Of a stretch of DNA of 29,143 nucleotides, positions 1-12,706 are shown piece after piece. Each line of letters starts with the position of its first letter. Position 1 is the first letter of the stretch. The notes beneath the pieces were generated by a model. That model worked only from the letters and a program-made list of their open reading frames with translations, had not been told where the DNA came from and searched no databases. Both the position numbers and the translations under genes were made by a program. This DNA comes from Paramoeba atlantica (lineage: Eukaryota > Protista > Discosea), in contig CDRNVI010000108.1 of the NCBI GenBank assembly GCA_977017575.1, positions 1 through 29,143 on the forward strand, written 5' to 3'.

Positions 1-1
1 A

Positions 2-604
2 CATTATTTATTACCTTTTGTTATAGCAGCTTTAGCTGGAGTTCATATTATATTATTACATGAAGTTGGTTCTAATAATATATTAGGTATTAATCATAAG
101 GTAGATCAAATACCATTTCATCCTTATTTTGTTTTTAAAGATTTATTTAGTTCATTATTATTATTATTTGGTTTTAATATGTATGCTATAAAACATACTC
201 CAAGTATAATAGACGCAGATAATTATTTAGAAGCAAATCCTTTAGTAACACCCGTACATATCGTACCAGAATGATATTTTAAAGCTTTTTATGCAATTTT
301 AAGATCTGTACCAGATAAAGCAGGTGGTTTTATCTTATTAGTTTTATCTATTATTGTTTTAATAATATTTCCATTTTATGTGAAAGCACCTATAGTTAGT
401 GGTTATTTTAGACCTATTTATAATTTAGGTTTTTGATTATTTATTATGGATTTTATTACATTAACCTGAATAGGAGGTAAACCTATAGAAGAACCTTATT
501 ATTTTATAGGTCAAATGGCTACAAGTTTTTATTTTATATATTTTATTATATTGTTACCTGTTATTGTTAAATTAGAAAAATCATTATATAAAAATATTAC
601 TTAA
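2..604 (+). CDS. cob: Apocytochrome b, 3' part (5' end outside window), genetic code 4
   Basis: Frame from base 2 reads [26 protein letters not shown]...PFHPYF...[17 protein letters not shown](TGA=W)YF...AILRSVPDK; ends TAA at 602-604. Confidence 0.97.
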
Positions 605-608
605 ACAT

Positions 609-1112
609 ATGAATAAAATTTTTAATTTTATAATTTTTTATATTTCTATATTATTTTTAGTTAATATGTTTTCAAATCATTTATTTTTTTTTAATTCTGT
701 TGGTAATTTATTAATTATAATTATATTATTAATTATATCTTTATTTACTTTTTATATTTCTTCGTTAAAAAGTAATTTCTTAATTATAAAAAAAAATGAA
801 ATATATAAACAATATTATTTAAAATTATTAAAACTATATTATATTTTTTATTTATATAAAAATATAATATTTCAAAATATTTTAATATCTACATTTCAAA
901 ATTATTATTTTAAATTTATAATTTTATTTTATAATATTAATTTAAATATATTATTAAATTCTATATCAAATTTATATAGTTATTTATATAATAATTTTTT
1001 AAATACTTTTTATATTAATAATTATTTTATATTTAGTATTAAATTTAAATTATTAAATCAAATAAACTATAAAAATTTTATTTTTAAAAAATATTTTACT
1101 ATAAAAAAATAA
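609..1112 (+). CDS. Unidentified mitochondrial ORF167, possibly a very divergent ATP synthase subunit b (atp4/ymf39)
   Basis: 167-codon ATG-TAA ORF packed 4 nt after cob and 3 nt before nad3. Hydrophobic N-terminus followed by a K/N/Y/F-rich tail. Size and topology fit Atp4, but no diagnostic motif was recognised. Confidence 0.6.
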   Translation: MNKIFNFIIFYISILFLVNMFSNHLFFFNSVGNLLIIIILLIISLFTFYISSLKSNFLIIKKNEIYKQYYLKLLKLYYIFYLYKNIIFQNILISTFQNYYFKFIILFYNINLNILLNSISNLYSYLYNNFLNTFYINNYFIFSIKFKLLNQINYKNFIFKKYFTIKK

Positions 1113-1115
1113 TAT

Positions 1116-1472
1116 ATGAATTTTGAATATAGTATAATTATTATCTCTATATCATTAAGTATGATTATTTCTTTAGTATTATTTTCTATTATTTTACTTC
1201 TTATTTATTCAAAATTTGAGATAGAAAAAGTTTCAGCATATGAATGTGGTTTTCACCCTTTTGAAGATACTAGACATAATTTTAATGTAAGATTTTATTT
1301 AGTATCTATTTTATTTTTAATTTTTGATTTAGAAATAATATTTTTATTTCCATGATTGACTTTAGTTAATTTTTTAGGAACAAGTGGTTTTTTAGTAGTA
1401 TTGATTTTTATTACTATATTAACTATAGGTTTCATATATGAATGATTAAAAGGTGCTTTAACCTGAGAGTAA
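1116..1472 (+). CDS. nad3: NADH dehydrogenase subunit 3 (118 aa)
   Basis: [31 protein letters not shown] and YEWLKGALTWE motifs with TGA=Trp; TAA at 1470-1472. Confidence 0.97.
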
Positions 1473-1490
1473 AAAATTATTTTATATATT

Positions 1491-2243
1491 ATGAATAAAT
1501 TTTTTCAACCATTAGATCAATTTGATATATTTTCTTTATATATAAATTTTTATTTTAGTGATTTTTATATAACAAACTTATTTATATATTTATTTATTAT
1601 TTTTTTTATAATAAATATTATAACAAGTAATGTATTATTATCTAAATTAAATTTAGTTTATAAATCGTTATGACAATACATATATGAGAATTTTATATAT
1701 TTATTTCCGTTAAATGTTTTAGTTACACAAGTAGGTAAAAGAGGTGAACCATATTTTGTTTATATAGCTAGCTTATTTTATTTTATATTAATAGCAAATT
1801 TTATTGGTTTAGTACCAAGTTCTTTTACTATTACAAGTCATATAATTTTAACATTTTTATTAGGATCAATTACTGTTATAGGATTAACTATAATAGGTTT
1901 TTTAAAACAAAAATTACATTTTATACAGTTATTTATACCAAAAGGTGTTCCTAATATTTTATTACCTATGTTAATAGGTATCGAAGTTATTTCTTATATT
2001 GCAAGAGGTTTTAGTTTATCTATACGGTTATTTGCAAATTTAATGTCGGGACATTCATTAATACATATTTTATTATTTTTTATTGTAAAAATATTAAAAT
2101 TTAATTATATTATAGGTATTTTAGGAATATTATTAATAACTGTAATTTTTTTATTAGAGTTTGGTATTTCATTTTTACAAGCTTATGTATTTATTGTTTT
2201 AGTTTCTATTTATTTAAAAGATTCTTACGAAGCTGGACATTAA
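1491..2243 (+). CDS. atp6: ATP synthase F0 subunit a (250 aa)
   Basis: PLDQF N-terminus, NFIGLVP, EVISYIARGFSLSIRLFANLMSGH, LEFGISFLQAYVF. Continuous through TGA at 1671. Confidence 0.97.
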
Positions 2244-2261
2244 AAAACATTTATTTTAACA

Positions 2262-2582
2262 ATGTTTAATATCTTAATTCCTTTTGAAACATTTATACCT
2301 ATTTTAAGTTTTAGTTTATTTATTATAGGTATAGCGGGTATTTTTATTACACGTAGAAATATAATAATAATAATAATGTCTATAGAGTTAATTTTAGCAT
2401 CTGTAAATTTATTATTTATTTTTTTATCAATATATTTAGATGATATATATGGTCAGATATTTGCTTTATATATATTAACTATAGCAGCTTCTGAATCAGC
2501 TATTGGTTTAGGATTAATAGTTATTTATTATAGATTAAGAGGTATTATATCTATAGATTATATTAGTACTATAAAAGGTTAA
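2262..2582 (+). CDS. nad4L: NADH dehydrogenase subunit 4L
   Basis: GIFITRRNIIIIIMSIELIL and TIAASESAIGL motifs. Confidence 0.96.
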   Translation: MFNILIPFETFIPILSFSLFIIGIAGIFITRRNIIIIIMSIELILASVNLLFIFLSIYLDDIYGQIFALYILTIAASESAIGLGLIVIYYRLRGIISIDYISTIKG

Positions 2583-2601
2583 ATTTTTTTATATACTTTT
2601 T

Positions 2602-4620
2602 ATGTATTTATTAGTATTATATTTACCATTAATAAGTTTTTTAATTATAAGTTTTTTTGGGCGTTTATTAGGAAATAAAGGTAGTTTTATAATTGCGAAT
2701 TTTAATATGTTATTAACAGTGTTGTTATCATATTATATTTTTTATGAAACTGTATTAAAAGGTTCTGTATGTTTTTTAAAATTATTTTCATGATTTAATA
2801 TAGGTTTATTTAATGTAACATGAGGATTTATTTTCGATCCTGTAACAGGTGTTATGTTAATTGTAGTAAATACAATATCTTTATTAGTTCATTTTTATTC
2901 AATAGGTTATATGTATAATGATCCTTTTTCTTCTCGATTTGTATCTTATTTATCATTATTTACATGATTTATGTTAATGTTAGTTACAGCTGATAATATA
3001 TTACAATTATTTTTAGGTTGAGAAGGTGTTGGTTTAGTATCTTATTTATTAATTAATTTTTGATTTACAATAGCAGATGCAAACAAAGCTGCAATTAAAG
3101 CTATTATTATGAATAGAATAGGTGACATTGGAGTTGGTTTAGGTATATGTTTAATATATTTAGAATATAAAACATTAAATTTTAGTATAATATTCGCAAT
3201 AAGTGATATGTGTCAATTTGATTATATTTATTTTATAAATAATTATTTTAATACAATAACTTTGATAACTATTTTTATATTAATTGGAGCTATGGGAAAA
3301 TCTGCACAATTAGGTTTACATACTTGATTACCGGATGCTATGGCTGGTCCAACACCAGTTTCTGCTCTTATACATGCAGCAACAATGGTTACAGCTGGAG
3401 TATTTATTTTAATAAGATTATCACCAATGGTTGAATATTCAGCTATTGGTTTATGAATTATAACTTTAGTTGGTGTTTTAACTAGTTTTTTTGCAGCAAC
3501 TATAGGTTTATTTCAAAATGATATAAAAAAGGTTATAGCATATTCAACTTGTAGTCAATTAGGTTATATGGTGTTTATATGTGGGTTATCAAATTATTCA
3601 CTAAGTTTATTTCATTTAACTAATCATGCTTTTTTTAAAGCATTATTATTTTTAAGTGCGGGGGCTATTATACATGCTTTATCTGATGAACAAGATATAA
3701 GAAAATATGGAGGGTTAATTAAATTATTACCTTATAGTTATATTATGATGTTAATAGGTTCTTTAGCATTAATGGGTATACCTTTTTTAACAGGGTTTTA
3801 TTCTAAAGATGTTATAATTGAAATTACTTATATATCATATATAATAGATAGTTCTTTTATTTATTGATTAAGTGTTATAGCAGCTTTGTTTACATCATTA
3901 TATAGTATTAGGTTATTAGTATATGTTTTTATAACATCACCTAATGGTTATAGAAAAATGTTTGAATTAATACATGAATCTAATATTTTTATGTCTTTAC
4001 CTTTATTTATATTAGCTTTAAATAGTATATTTTTTGGTTATATTAATAAAGATTTATTTATAGGATTAGGTAATGATACTTGATTAAATTGATTAAATAT
4101 AATTTCAACTAGAAATATTTTAATTTTAGAATCAGAATTTTTACCTTGATATATAAAAAATATTCCTTTTTTTTTTAGTATGTCTGGTATAATAATTATT
4201 TTTTTAATAAATTATTATTATACTTATTTATATAAAGTTTTAAGAAGTAATAATTATTTATATTTTAAAAGATATAATAATATTGCAAGTTTTTTTTCTT
4301 ATAAATGGTATGTGGATACTATTTATAATAAAATAATTTTAGGAGGTTTTATTAAATTATCCTATATAGTATTTAAAAATATTGATAGAGGTATTATAGA
4401 ATTAATAGGGCCTTTAGGTTTAGTTAGATTATGAAATTCTTTAAGTATTAATTATAAATATTTTTTCCCAACAGGTTATATTTTTAATTATTTGTTCTTA
4501 TTTATTATTTCATCTGTTAGTTTAATTATATTCTATATATTACCTATAAATAATTTAAATAGTGAATTATTATTTATATTAATTGCTATAATTTTAATAA
4601 ATAAATATAAAAATAAGTAA
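2602..4620 (+). CDS. nad5: NADH dehydrogenase subunit 5 (672 aa)
   Basis: All ORF-track fragments share one frame joined by TGA. Motifs [70 protein letters not shown]; TAA at 4618-4620. Confidence 0.97.
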
Positions 4621-4637
4621 AATTTTTTTTAAAACAT

Positions 4638-5225
4638 ATGGATCAAAATTTATTTTATATATTTTTTTTTATAATAAGTATTGTATCGGCTATTTTAGTA
4701 ATAATTTCTAAAAATCCTTTACATTCTATTATTTATTTAATATTAGTTTTTTGTAATATAGTTTTTATATTATTATTGTTGGAGTTGGAATTTATGTCTA
4801 TGGTGTTTTTAATAGTTTATATAGGTGCAATAGCAGTATTATTTTTATTTATTATTTATATGTTAAATATAAAAGTTATAGAATTGAATGAATTAAATAT
4901 AAAATATTTGATAGGTATTATATTATTAACTTTATTAATAATATTTTTAATTTATTTATATTATATACCGATTAATGTAATTTTTAATATAGATTCCTCA
5001 AACAATAATAATTATATAAATTATTATAATATTTTATATAATATATCAAATTTAAATTTGATATCTTTAATATTATACGATAAGCATTATATATTATTTA
5101 TAATACTTAGTCTTATATTATTATTAGCTATGATTGGTGTTATTATATTAACATGTAAAAGAACATATTATCTAAAAGAACAGGTAATTTTTGAACAAAA
5201 TAAAAGGTTTATAAAGAATCCATAA
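4638..5225 (+). CDS. nad6: NADH dehydrogenase subunit 6
   Basis: [24 protein letters not shown] and [12 protein letters not shown] motifs. Confidence 0.95.
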   Translation: MDQNLFYIFFFIISIVSAILVIISKNPLHSIIYLILVFCNIVFILLLLELEFMSMVFLIVYIGAIAVLFLFIIYMLNIKVIELNELNIKYLIGIILLTLLIIFLIYLYYIPINVIFNIDSSNNNNYINYYNILYNISNLNLISLILYDKHYILFIILSLILLLAMIGVIILTCKRTYYLKEQVIFEQNKRFIKNP

Positions 5226-5226
5226 A

Positions 5227-7257
5227 ATGAATAATTATAAAATAAATAATATTGCAGTTAAAGATAATAATATGAAAACTATATTACAATTATGTAATAT
5301 GATTAATATAGATATACCAAAATTTTGTTATCATGAACAATTATCTATAGCAGGTAATTGTAGAATGTGTTTAGTTGAAGTAAAAGGAGCTATAAAACCT
5401 ATAGCTTCTTGTGCATCCCCTTTAAATAATAATATGCATATATTAACTAATACTAAATTAGTTAAAAAGGCTAGAGAAGGTGTTTTAGAATTTTTATTAT
5501 TAAATCATCCATTAGATTGTCCTATTTGTGATCAAGGAGGTGAATGTGATTTACAAGATCAATCATTAATTTTTGGTAATGATAGAGGTAGATTTTATGA
5601 AAATAAAAGATCTGTTAATGATAAAGATTGTGGACCTTTAATAAAAACTATTATGACAAGATGTATTCATTGTACTAGATGTATACGTTTTATAGATGAG
5701 TTTATTGGTTATAAATATTTTGGTTTGATAGGTCGAGGACAAAATATAGAAATAAGTAATTTTTTATCAAAAAATATTAATTCGGAATTATCTGGTAATT
5801 TAATTGATTTATGCCCTGTAGGTGCTTTAACTTCTAAACCTTATTCATTCATTTCTAGACCTTGAGAACTTATTTCTTGAAATACTATAGATATTAATGA
5901 TTTATTACATATAAATATTAGAATAGATATTAGAGATAGTGAAATATTAAGAGTTTTACCTTTATTTAATGATTATATACATGAGATCTGAATCTCAGAT
6001 CTAACTCGTTTTTCTTATGATAATCAAAAGAATAATCGAATAATTAATCCTTTAAAAAAGGAAGGTGCAAATAAATTTATTATATATAGTTGAGAAAAAG
6101 TATTAAATTTAATATTAAAAAAATGTTTAAATAGTAATTTACATTTTTTAATAGGTGATAATATAGATAGTGAAACTGCTTTAGTAATAAAAAAAGGAAA
6201 AAATTATTTTAATAATCATGAATTTACTATTAATTATAAAAAATTAACTAGGAATTCAAATAATCGTAAAAATTATATTTTAGATTATAATATATATAAA
6301 GAATTAAATGAATTTAAAAATATTATATTAATTAATATAAATATTAGATTAGAATATCCTTTATTAAATATAAAGTTAAAACGATTTAAAGATTTAAAAT
6401 TATTAAATATTTATAATATAGGGACCTCTTATAATCAAAATTATAAAAATATAAATTATTCATCTAATTTATTAGAAGTAAAAAAATTTATAGAGGGAAA
6501 ATCTTTATTAAATAATATTGTATTAAAAGCATCTAAAAATTTAATTTTATTAAATGATAATACTTTATTTAATTTTTTAATTACAACATTGAAAAATTTA
6601 AATTTAGAATCAAGTATTAATATAGGGTTTTTAAATAATTTAAATATAAATATTATAGCTAATGAATTAAATTTATTTAATTCATTAGTAAAATTTAATG
6701 ATTATAGTTTTAAAAAAATGATTTATAAAGAAAATAATATTTTATATAATTTAAATAATTATAATTATAATTATTTAAATTATAATTGTGATTATAATAT
6801 TTTTCAAGGTTGTTATTTACCTATATTAAAAGAAATTAATAATTATGATTTATTATTACCATCAATAACTCATTATGAAAAAAAAAGTTTATTTATAAAT
6901 ATATTTGGTTATTGTCAATCGACAAAATTTATTTTATTTCCGCCGAAGAATGCAAGAAATGATTGAAAAATATTATATATATTATTTAAAACAATTATTA
7001 GTGATGAAAAGATTATGAAATTATCTTTTAGTAATATTAGATTATTATTAAGTTCTTATAATATAAATATAAATACTATATTAAATATATATAATAATAA
7101 TGAAATATCAAATTATAAAAATATTATGGTTTTGAAAAATAAAAATTTATATAAAAATATGACTAATATATATTCTAATAATAAATTTTTACAATCATCA
7201 AAAATTTTAAACAGTTGTTTAATTAATTCTAAAAAAATATATAATAATTTTCATTAA
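5227..7257 (+). CDS. nad11: NADH dehydrogenase 75-kDa subunit (676 aa), unsplit
   Basis: Fe-S motifs [46 protein letters not shown] and DLCPVGAL. One frame to TAA at 7255-7257 with TGA=Trp; C-terminal half highly AT-biased. Confidence 0.95.
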
Positions 7258-7270
7258 AAGATTTTAAAAT

Positions 7271-8257
7271 ATGAATTTTTTGTTAACTTTAATTATAACA
7301 ATATTAAAATATTTAATTTTAATAGTACCTGTATTAGTAACTGTAGCTATTTTTACAGTTTTTGAAAGAAAAGTTATGGGTTATATACAACGAAGACAAG
7401 GTCCTATAAAAGTAGGTTTTTTAGGTATTTTGCAACCTTTTGCCGATGGTTTAAAATTAATGATAAAAGAACCTGTTATACCGGTAAATTCAAATTATTT
7501 AATGTATATAGCAGCTCCAATATTAACATTATTATTAAGTTTAATAAATTGAATATTAATACCTTTTGATGAAAATGTAGTAATATCTAATATTAATATA
7601 GGAGTTTTGTTTATTTTGGGTATTTCTTCTTTAAGTGTATATGGTGTTATTATAGCTGGTTGAGCTAGTAATTCAAAATATGCATTTTTAGGTGCTCTTA
7701 GATCTGCTGCACAAATGATATCTTATGAAGTATCTATAGGTATAATATTAATAACTCTTCTAATAGGTGTAGGTTCTTTAAATTTAAGTAATATAGTATT
7801 AGCTCAAGAGGATATTTGATTTATTATACCATTTTTTCCTTTATTTTTATTATTTTTTATATCTTCTGTTGCAGAAACTAATAGACACCCTTTTGATTTA
7901 CCTGAGGCAGAAGCAGAATTAGTTTCTGGTTATAATGTAGAATATTCATCAGTAGGATTTGCTTTTTTTTTTATCGGTGAATATGCTAATATTATATTAA
8001 TGAGTGCATTAAATGTAATTTTATTTTTAGGAGGTTGATTACCACCTTTTAATTTTAATTTTTTTTTACCGCCTATAGTATGATTTACAATAAAAATTGT
8101 TTTAATGATATTTTTATTTATAGTAATAAGAGCCATGTTACCTAGATATAGATATGATCAATTAATGATATTAGGTTGAAAAGTATTTTTACCGTTATCA
8201 TTAGGTTTATTAGTTTTCTATGCAGGTATAATGATTGGTTTTGATTTTTTACCTTAA
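7271..8257 (+). CDS. nad1: NADH dehydrogenase subunit 1 (328 aa)
   Basis: [48 protein letters not shown] and PRYRYDQLM motifs. Confidence 0.97.
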
Positions 8258-8290
8258 TTTTTTAGAATAATAAAATATAAAAAATTTTGA

Positions 8291-9763
8291 ATGTTATTAA
8301 AAATTTTACTTTTTTTACCATTATTTTTTGCGTTTATTTTAAGTTTAATACCTAAGAAAAAAATTATATTATTAAAACAATTATCTTTATTATTTAGTAT
8401 AATAATTTTTTTTTATTGTATTAAATTATTAGGTAATTTTAATATATATTATTCGTATATTCAATTTCAATCAAGTATTAGTTATTATCCTGGTATGGAT
8501 TTTAGTATAGGTATAGATGGTATTTCTATTTTTTTTATATTATTAATGAGTTTACTTTTACCTATTTCGTTATTAGTAAATTGAGAAAGTGTGAAATATC
8601 GTAATAAAGATTTTACTATTACTTTATTTATATTAGAATTTTTAGTTTTTTGTATTTTTTGTTGTTTAGATATATTTTTTTTTTATATATTTTTTGAAGG
8701 TGTTTTAATACCTATGTTTTTTATTATAGGTATATGAGGTTCAAGACAACGAAAAATTCATGCTGTTTATCAATTTTTTTTATATACTTTTTTTGGATCA
8801 ATATTTATGTTAGTATCTTTTTTAATAATTTACTTACATGTAGGTTCTACAAATTGAAATATAATTAAATATATTGAATTTTCTGATCAACGACAATTAA
8901 TATTATGATTAGGTTTTTTTATAGCATTTGCTATAAAAGTACCAATGATACCTTTTCATATATGATTACCAGAAGCTCATGTCGAAGCACCTACAACAGG
9001 TTCTATCTTATTAGCTGGTATTTTATTAAAATTAGGTACTTATGGTTTTTTAAGATTTTTATTACCTTTATTTCCTTATGGAATGAAATTTTTTTCACCT
9101 TTAGTTATAGTTATTTGTATAATTAGTGTTATATACGGTTCGTTAGTAACAATTAGACAAATAGATTTGAAAAAAATAATAGCATATTCATCTGTTGTAC
9201 ATATGAATTTTGCAATAATAGGTTTATTTGCTAATAATTTAGAAGGTTTACAAGGTAGTTTATTCTTAATGATTAGTCATGGTATAATATCAAGTTCTTT
9301 ATTTTTTTGCATAGGTGTTTTATATGATCGTTATCATAGTCGTATATTATATTATTATGGAGGTTTAGTACAAGTTATGCCTATATTTGCTGTAATATTT
9401 ATGATTTTTTCTTTAAGTAATATGGGCTTCCCTGGAACAAGTGGTTTTATTGGTGAAATTTTAATATTAATAGGAGTTTTTTTATGAAATATAAAAATTT
9501 CATTATTATTATTTACTAGTGTTGTTTTTGCAGCTGTTTATTCAATATGGTTATATAATAGATTAATTTTCGGTGAAATAAAAAATTATAATATAATGAT
9601 TTATAATAATTTTTATTATAAAAAATGATTTATAAAATTTTCAGATATTACTAAAAGAGAATTCTTTTTAATATTACCATTTATTTTTTTAAATTTTTTA
9701 TTAGGTTTTTATCCTGATTTAATTTTTAATGTAACTTATCTATCAATTTTATCACTTATTTAA
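8291..9763 (+). CDS. nad4: NADH dehydrogenase subunit 4 (490 aa)
   Basis: GIDGIS, KVPMIPFHIWLPEAHVEAPT, DLKKIIAYSSVVHM, SHGIISSSLF and GFPGTSGFIGE motifs; TAA at 9761-9763. Confidence 0.97.
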
Positions 9764-9774
9764 ATTTAATTATT

Positions 9775-11268
9775 ATGAATTTTACAATTATTTTTAAAAA
9801 TCAGGAATATCATTCTATATATAATGATATTAAATATTTATTACCAGAAATATTTTTAATTTCTGGTGTTTTATTAATTTTAGTATTTATTATTTTTTAT
9901 TCAAATATTAATGTATATAAATATATAAAATTAGTTTATTGTACTATTAATTTATTGGTATTTATATTAATATTATTTATATTATTAAATATTAATAATA
10001 TAGATAATAATTTTATTATTTCATCTTATTTATTATATAGTGACGGTATAATTTTTTTTTATAAAAATTTATTGTCAATAATTATGATTATATTATTAGT
10101 TACTTCTTATAATTATATGAGATTAAATAAATTATTAATATTTGAATTTTATATATTAATGTTATTATCTTTTATTGGTATGATAACTTTATTATTATCA
10201 TATGATTTTATTACAGCATATCTTTCTATCGAATTACAAAGTTTATGTTTTTATATTTTAGCGGCAATAAATAGAAATAAGAATAGTTCTATAGAAGCTG
10301 GTTTAAAATATTTTATATTAGGATCATTTTCATCAAGTTTATTAATAGTAGGTATAGCAATTATATATGGTGTAACTGGATTTACTAATTTTTATGATTT
10401 ATCAAAATTATTTGAATTAGGTTTATATAATATAAATTGGGATTCTTATATATTTATAGGTTTATTATTTATTAATATAGGATTATTTTTCAAATTAGCT
10501 ATACCTCCGTTTCATATATGATTACCAGATATTTATGAAGGTTCTTTGAAAATAGTATTAGCTATTTTTGCATTATTGCCTAAATTGGCTATATTAATAT
10601 TTTTTTGAAAAATATATTCTATAATTTTAATAAAAGATTTAATCGACTGACAAATATTTTTTTTAATATTTATACTATTATCTTGATTTATAGGTATATT
10701 AGGGGCTTTACAATCTAAAAAATTTTCAAGATTAATAGCTTACAGTTCTATTAATCATATGGGTTTTATATTATTAATTTTAATATTAAATGATGTATTG
10801 ACTTTAACTTTATATATAATAATTTATATTTTAGCTTTAATAAATATTTTAATAATATGATTAAATATATTTAAATTTAATAATTATAAAGGGATTAATA
10901 CTATATATCAATTTTTATATATTATAAAATCTAATAATTTATTATTTATAATTTTATTAATAGCTATATTTTCATTAGCAGGAATACCACCATTAGCTGG
11001 ATTTTTCAGTAAATTTTTTATTTTCATTAGTGCATTAAAACAAAATTATTATTTATTAGTAGTAATTGGACTTTTATTTAGTGTAGTTAGTTGTTTTTAT
11101 TATTTAAGGTTAATAAAAATTATTATGTTTAATAATAGTTTTTATTGATTTTTTTTAACTCCTTTAAAAAGAAGTTATGCTTACATAATTGTTATATTAT
11201 TTGTAGTAAATTCGATTTTTATATTATTATTGCCTTTTTTATTAGAATATTTAAATTATATAATATAA
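9775..11268 (+). CDS. nad2: NADH dehydrogenase subunit 2 (497 aa)
   Basis: ELQSL, EAGLKYFILGS, FKLAIPPFHIWLPDIYEG, IAYSSINHMG and AGIPPLAGFFSK motifs; TAA at 11266-11268. Confidence 0.96.
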
Positions 11269-11280
11269 TAATAATAATTT

Positions 11281-11886
11281 ATGAAGTATTTATATTTAAA
11301 TCAGTTAATTTCAAGTAATTATAATATATCTTTACATAAAAAAAATAAATGAGGTAGACAACAAATTAATAATATAATTGGTTGATGTAAATTACATAAT
11401 TATGTAATTATAGATATTGTTTCTATATTTTTTAATATAAAAAATATAATTAATATAATTAATTATATTTCAACTAAATTAGGTATATCTTTATTATGTT
11501 TATTATCAGATAGTAATATAATTAATACTTCATTAAAAAGAGTAAAAATAAAAAATTTTTATATGGTATATTTAGATAAAATTTATGGTTTTATATCTAA
11601 TTTTTATATGTTTATTAAAAAAGGTCGAAAACATTATAAAAATATAGTTAATTATAGATCAAAAAGGTTACCTGATATAGTATTTATGTCAAAAGATAGT
11701 TGAAAAGATTATAATAATTTTTTTAAAATATTTTTAGAATATAAAATATTATCTATAAAAAACACATCATTTTTAGAAAAGGATATTCATATTTGTTATA
11801 ATATTATGGTTAATAATTCTTTAATTATATATAATTTATGAAAATATATATATAAGCAAAATAGAATTTTATTTAAAAAATGTTAA
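11281..11886 (+). CDS. rps2: Mitochondrial ribosomal protein S2 (201 aa, divergent); absent from the ORF track
   Basis: Open with TGA=Trp. S2-like pattern: N-terminal H..KW..., YVIIDI, GFISNF, KRLPDIVF. Confidence 0.75.
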
Positions 11887-12593
11887 AAGTAAATTATAAA
11901 AAATTAAATTTAATAAGAGTTTATAAAAGAGATCTTTGAGGTAGAATAATATTAAATAGAAAATTATTATTAATTAGAAATTATATTATTAAATTATTAA
12001 AAATAAAAAAATTTAAATATAATAAAAGAATAAATTTTTATAGGATTAATAATTTTGAGAAACCTGTATATTTTAGAAGAAGAACTAGATATGGTAAATA
12101 TTTTATTTTACGAAGACAATTTAGAATTTTTTATGGTTTTTTAAGTATTAAAAATATAAAAAAAATCATAAAAAAAAGTTTTAAAAAAAAATATGCTTTA
12201 AGTTATTTTATTTATATGATGGAATCTAGATTAGATGTATTAGTTTATAGATTACATTTAGTTAAAAGTGTTAGATCAGCTAGACAATGAATATTTAATG
12301 GTAATATTATTGTTAATAATAATATTATAATTAATCCACAATATAATTTAAAAAAAGGTGATATATTAACTTTAAATAAAAAAAAAATATTATATTTTAA
12401 AAAAAAATTATATTATAATATAAAAACAAAAAATTGATCTCGAAGTATTATACCTAATTATATTGAATATGATTATAATAATTTTGTTTTTAAATTTATA
12501 AGTCTTAATATATATGATGTACCTTTTTTTGCTCCGGTTACTTCTTATACTTTTTTAAATATAATGAATTTTTATACAAGATATTATTTTTAA
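11880..12593 (+). CDS. rps4: Mitochondrial ribosomal protein S4 (237 aa); absent from the ORF track
   Basis: MESRLDVLVYRLHLVKSVRSARQWIFNGNIIVN matches the S4 RNA-binding motif; IPNYIEYDY near the C-terminus. Overlaps rps2 by 7 nt (ATGTTAA). Confidence 0.92.
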
Positions 12594-12706
12594 TTTATTA
12601 AAATAATAATATCTTTAAACTTGATCTTTTTTTGTTTTGTGTGTTTATTTATCGTTATTACACATAAATTTATTAATAATAATTATGTATTTTAAGATAA
12701 ATAATT

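Noticed and set aside
3328-3360. Nad5 DAMAGPT instead of DAMEGPT
   Set aside because: The Ala variant occurs in bacterial NuoL and other lineages, so it is not exceptional.
5227-7257. Split nad11 (as in some stramenopiles)
   Set aside because: One continuous frame with no TAA or TAG until 7255.
7930-8136. Minus-strand 68-aa ORF
   Set aside because: Antisense shadow of nad1.
8905-9126. Off-frame 73-aa ORF
   Set aside because: Alternate frame inside intact nad4, with no motif.
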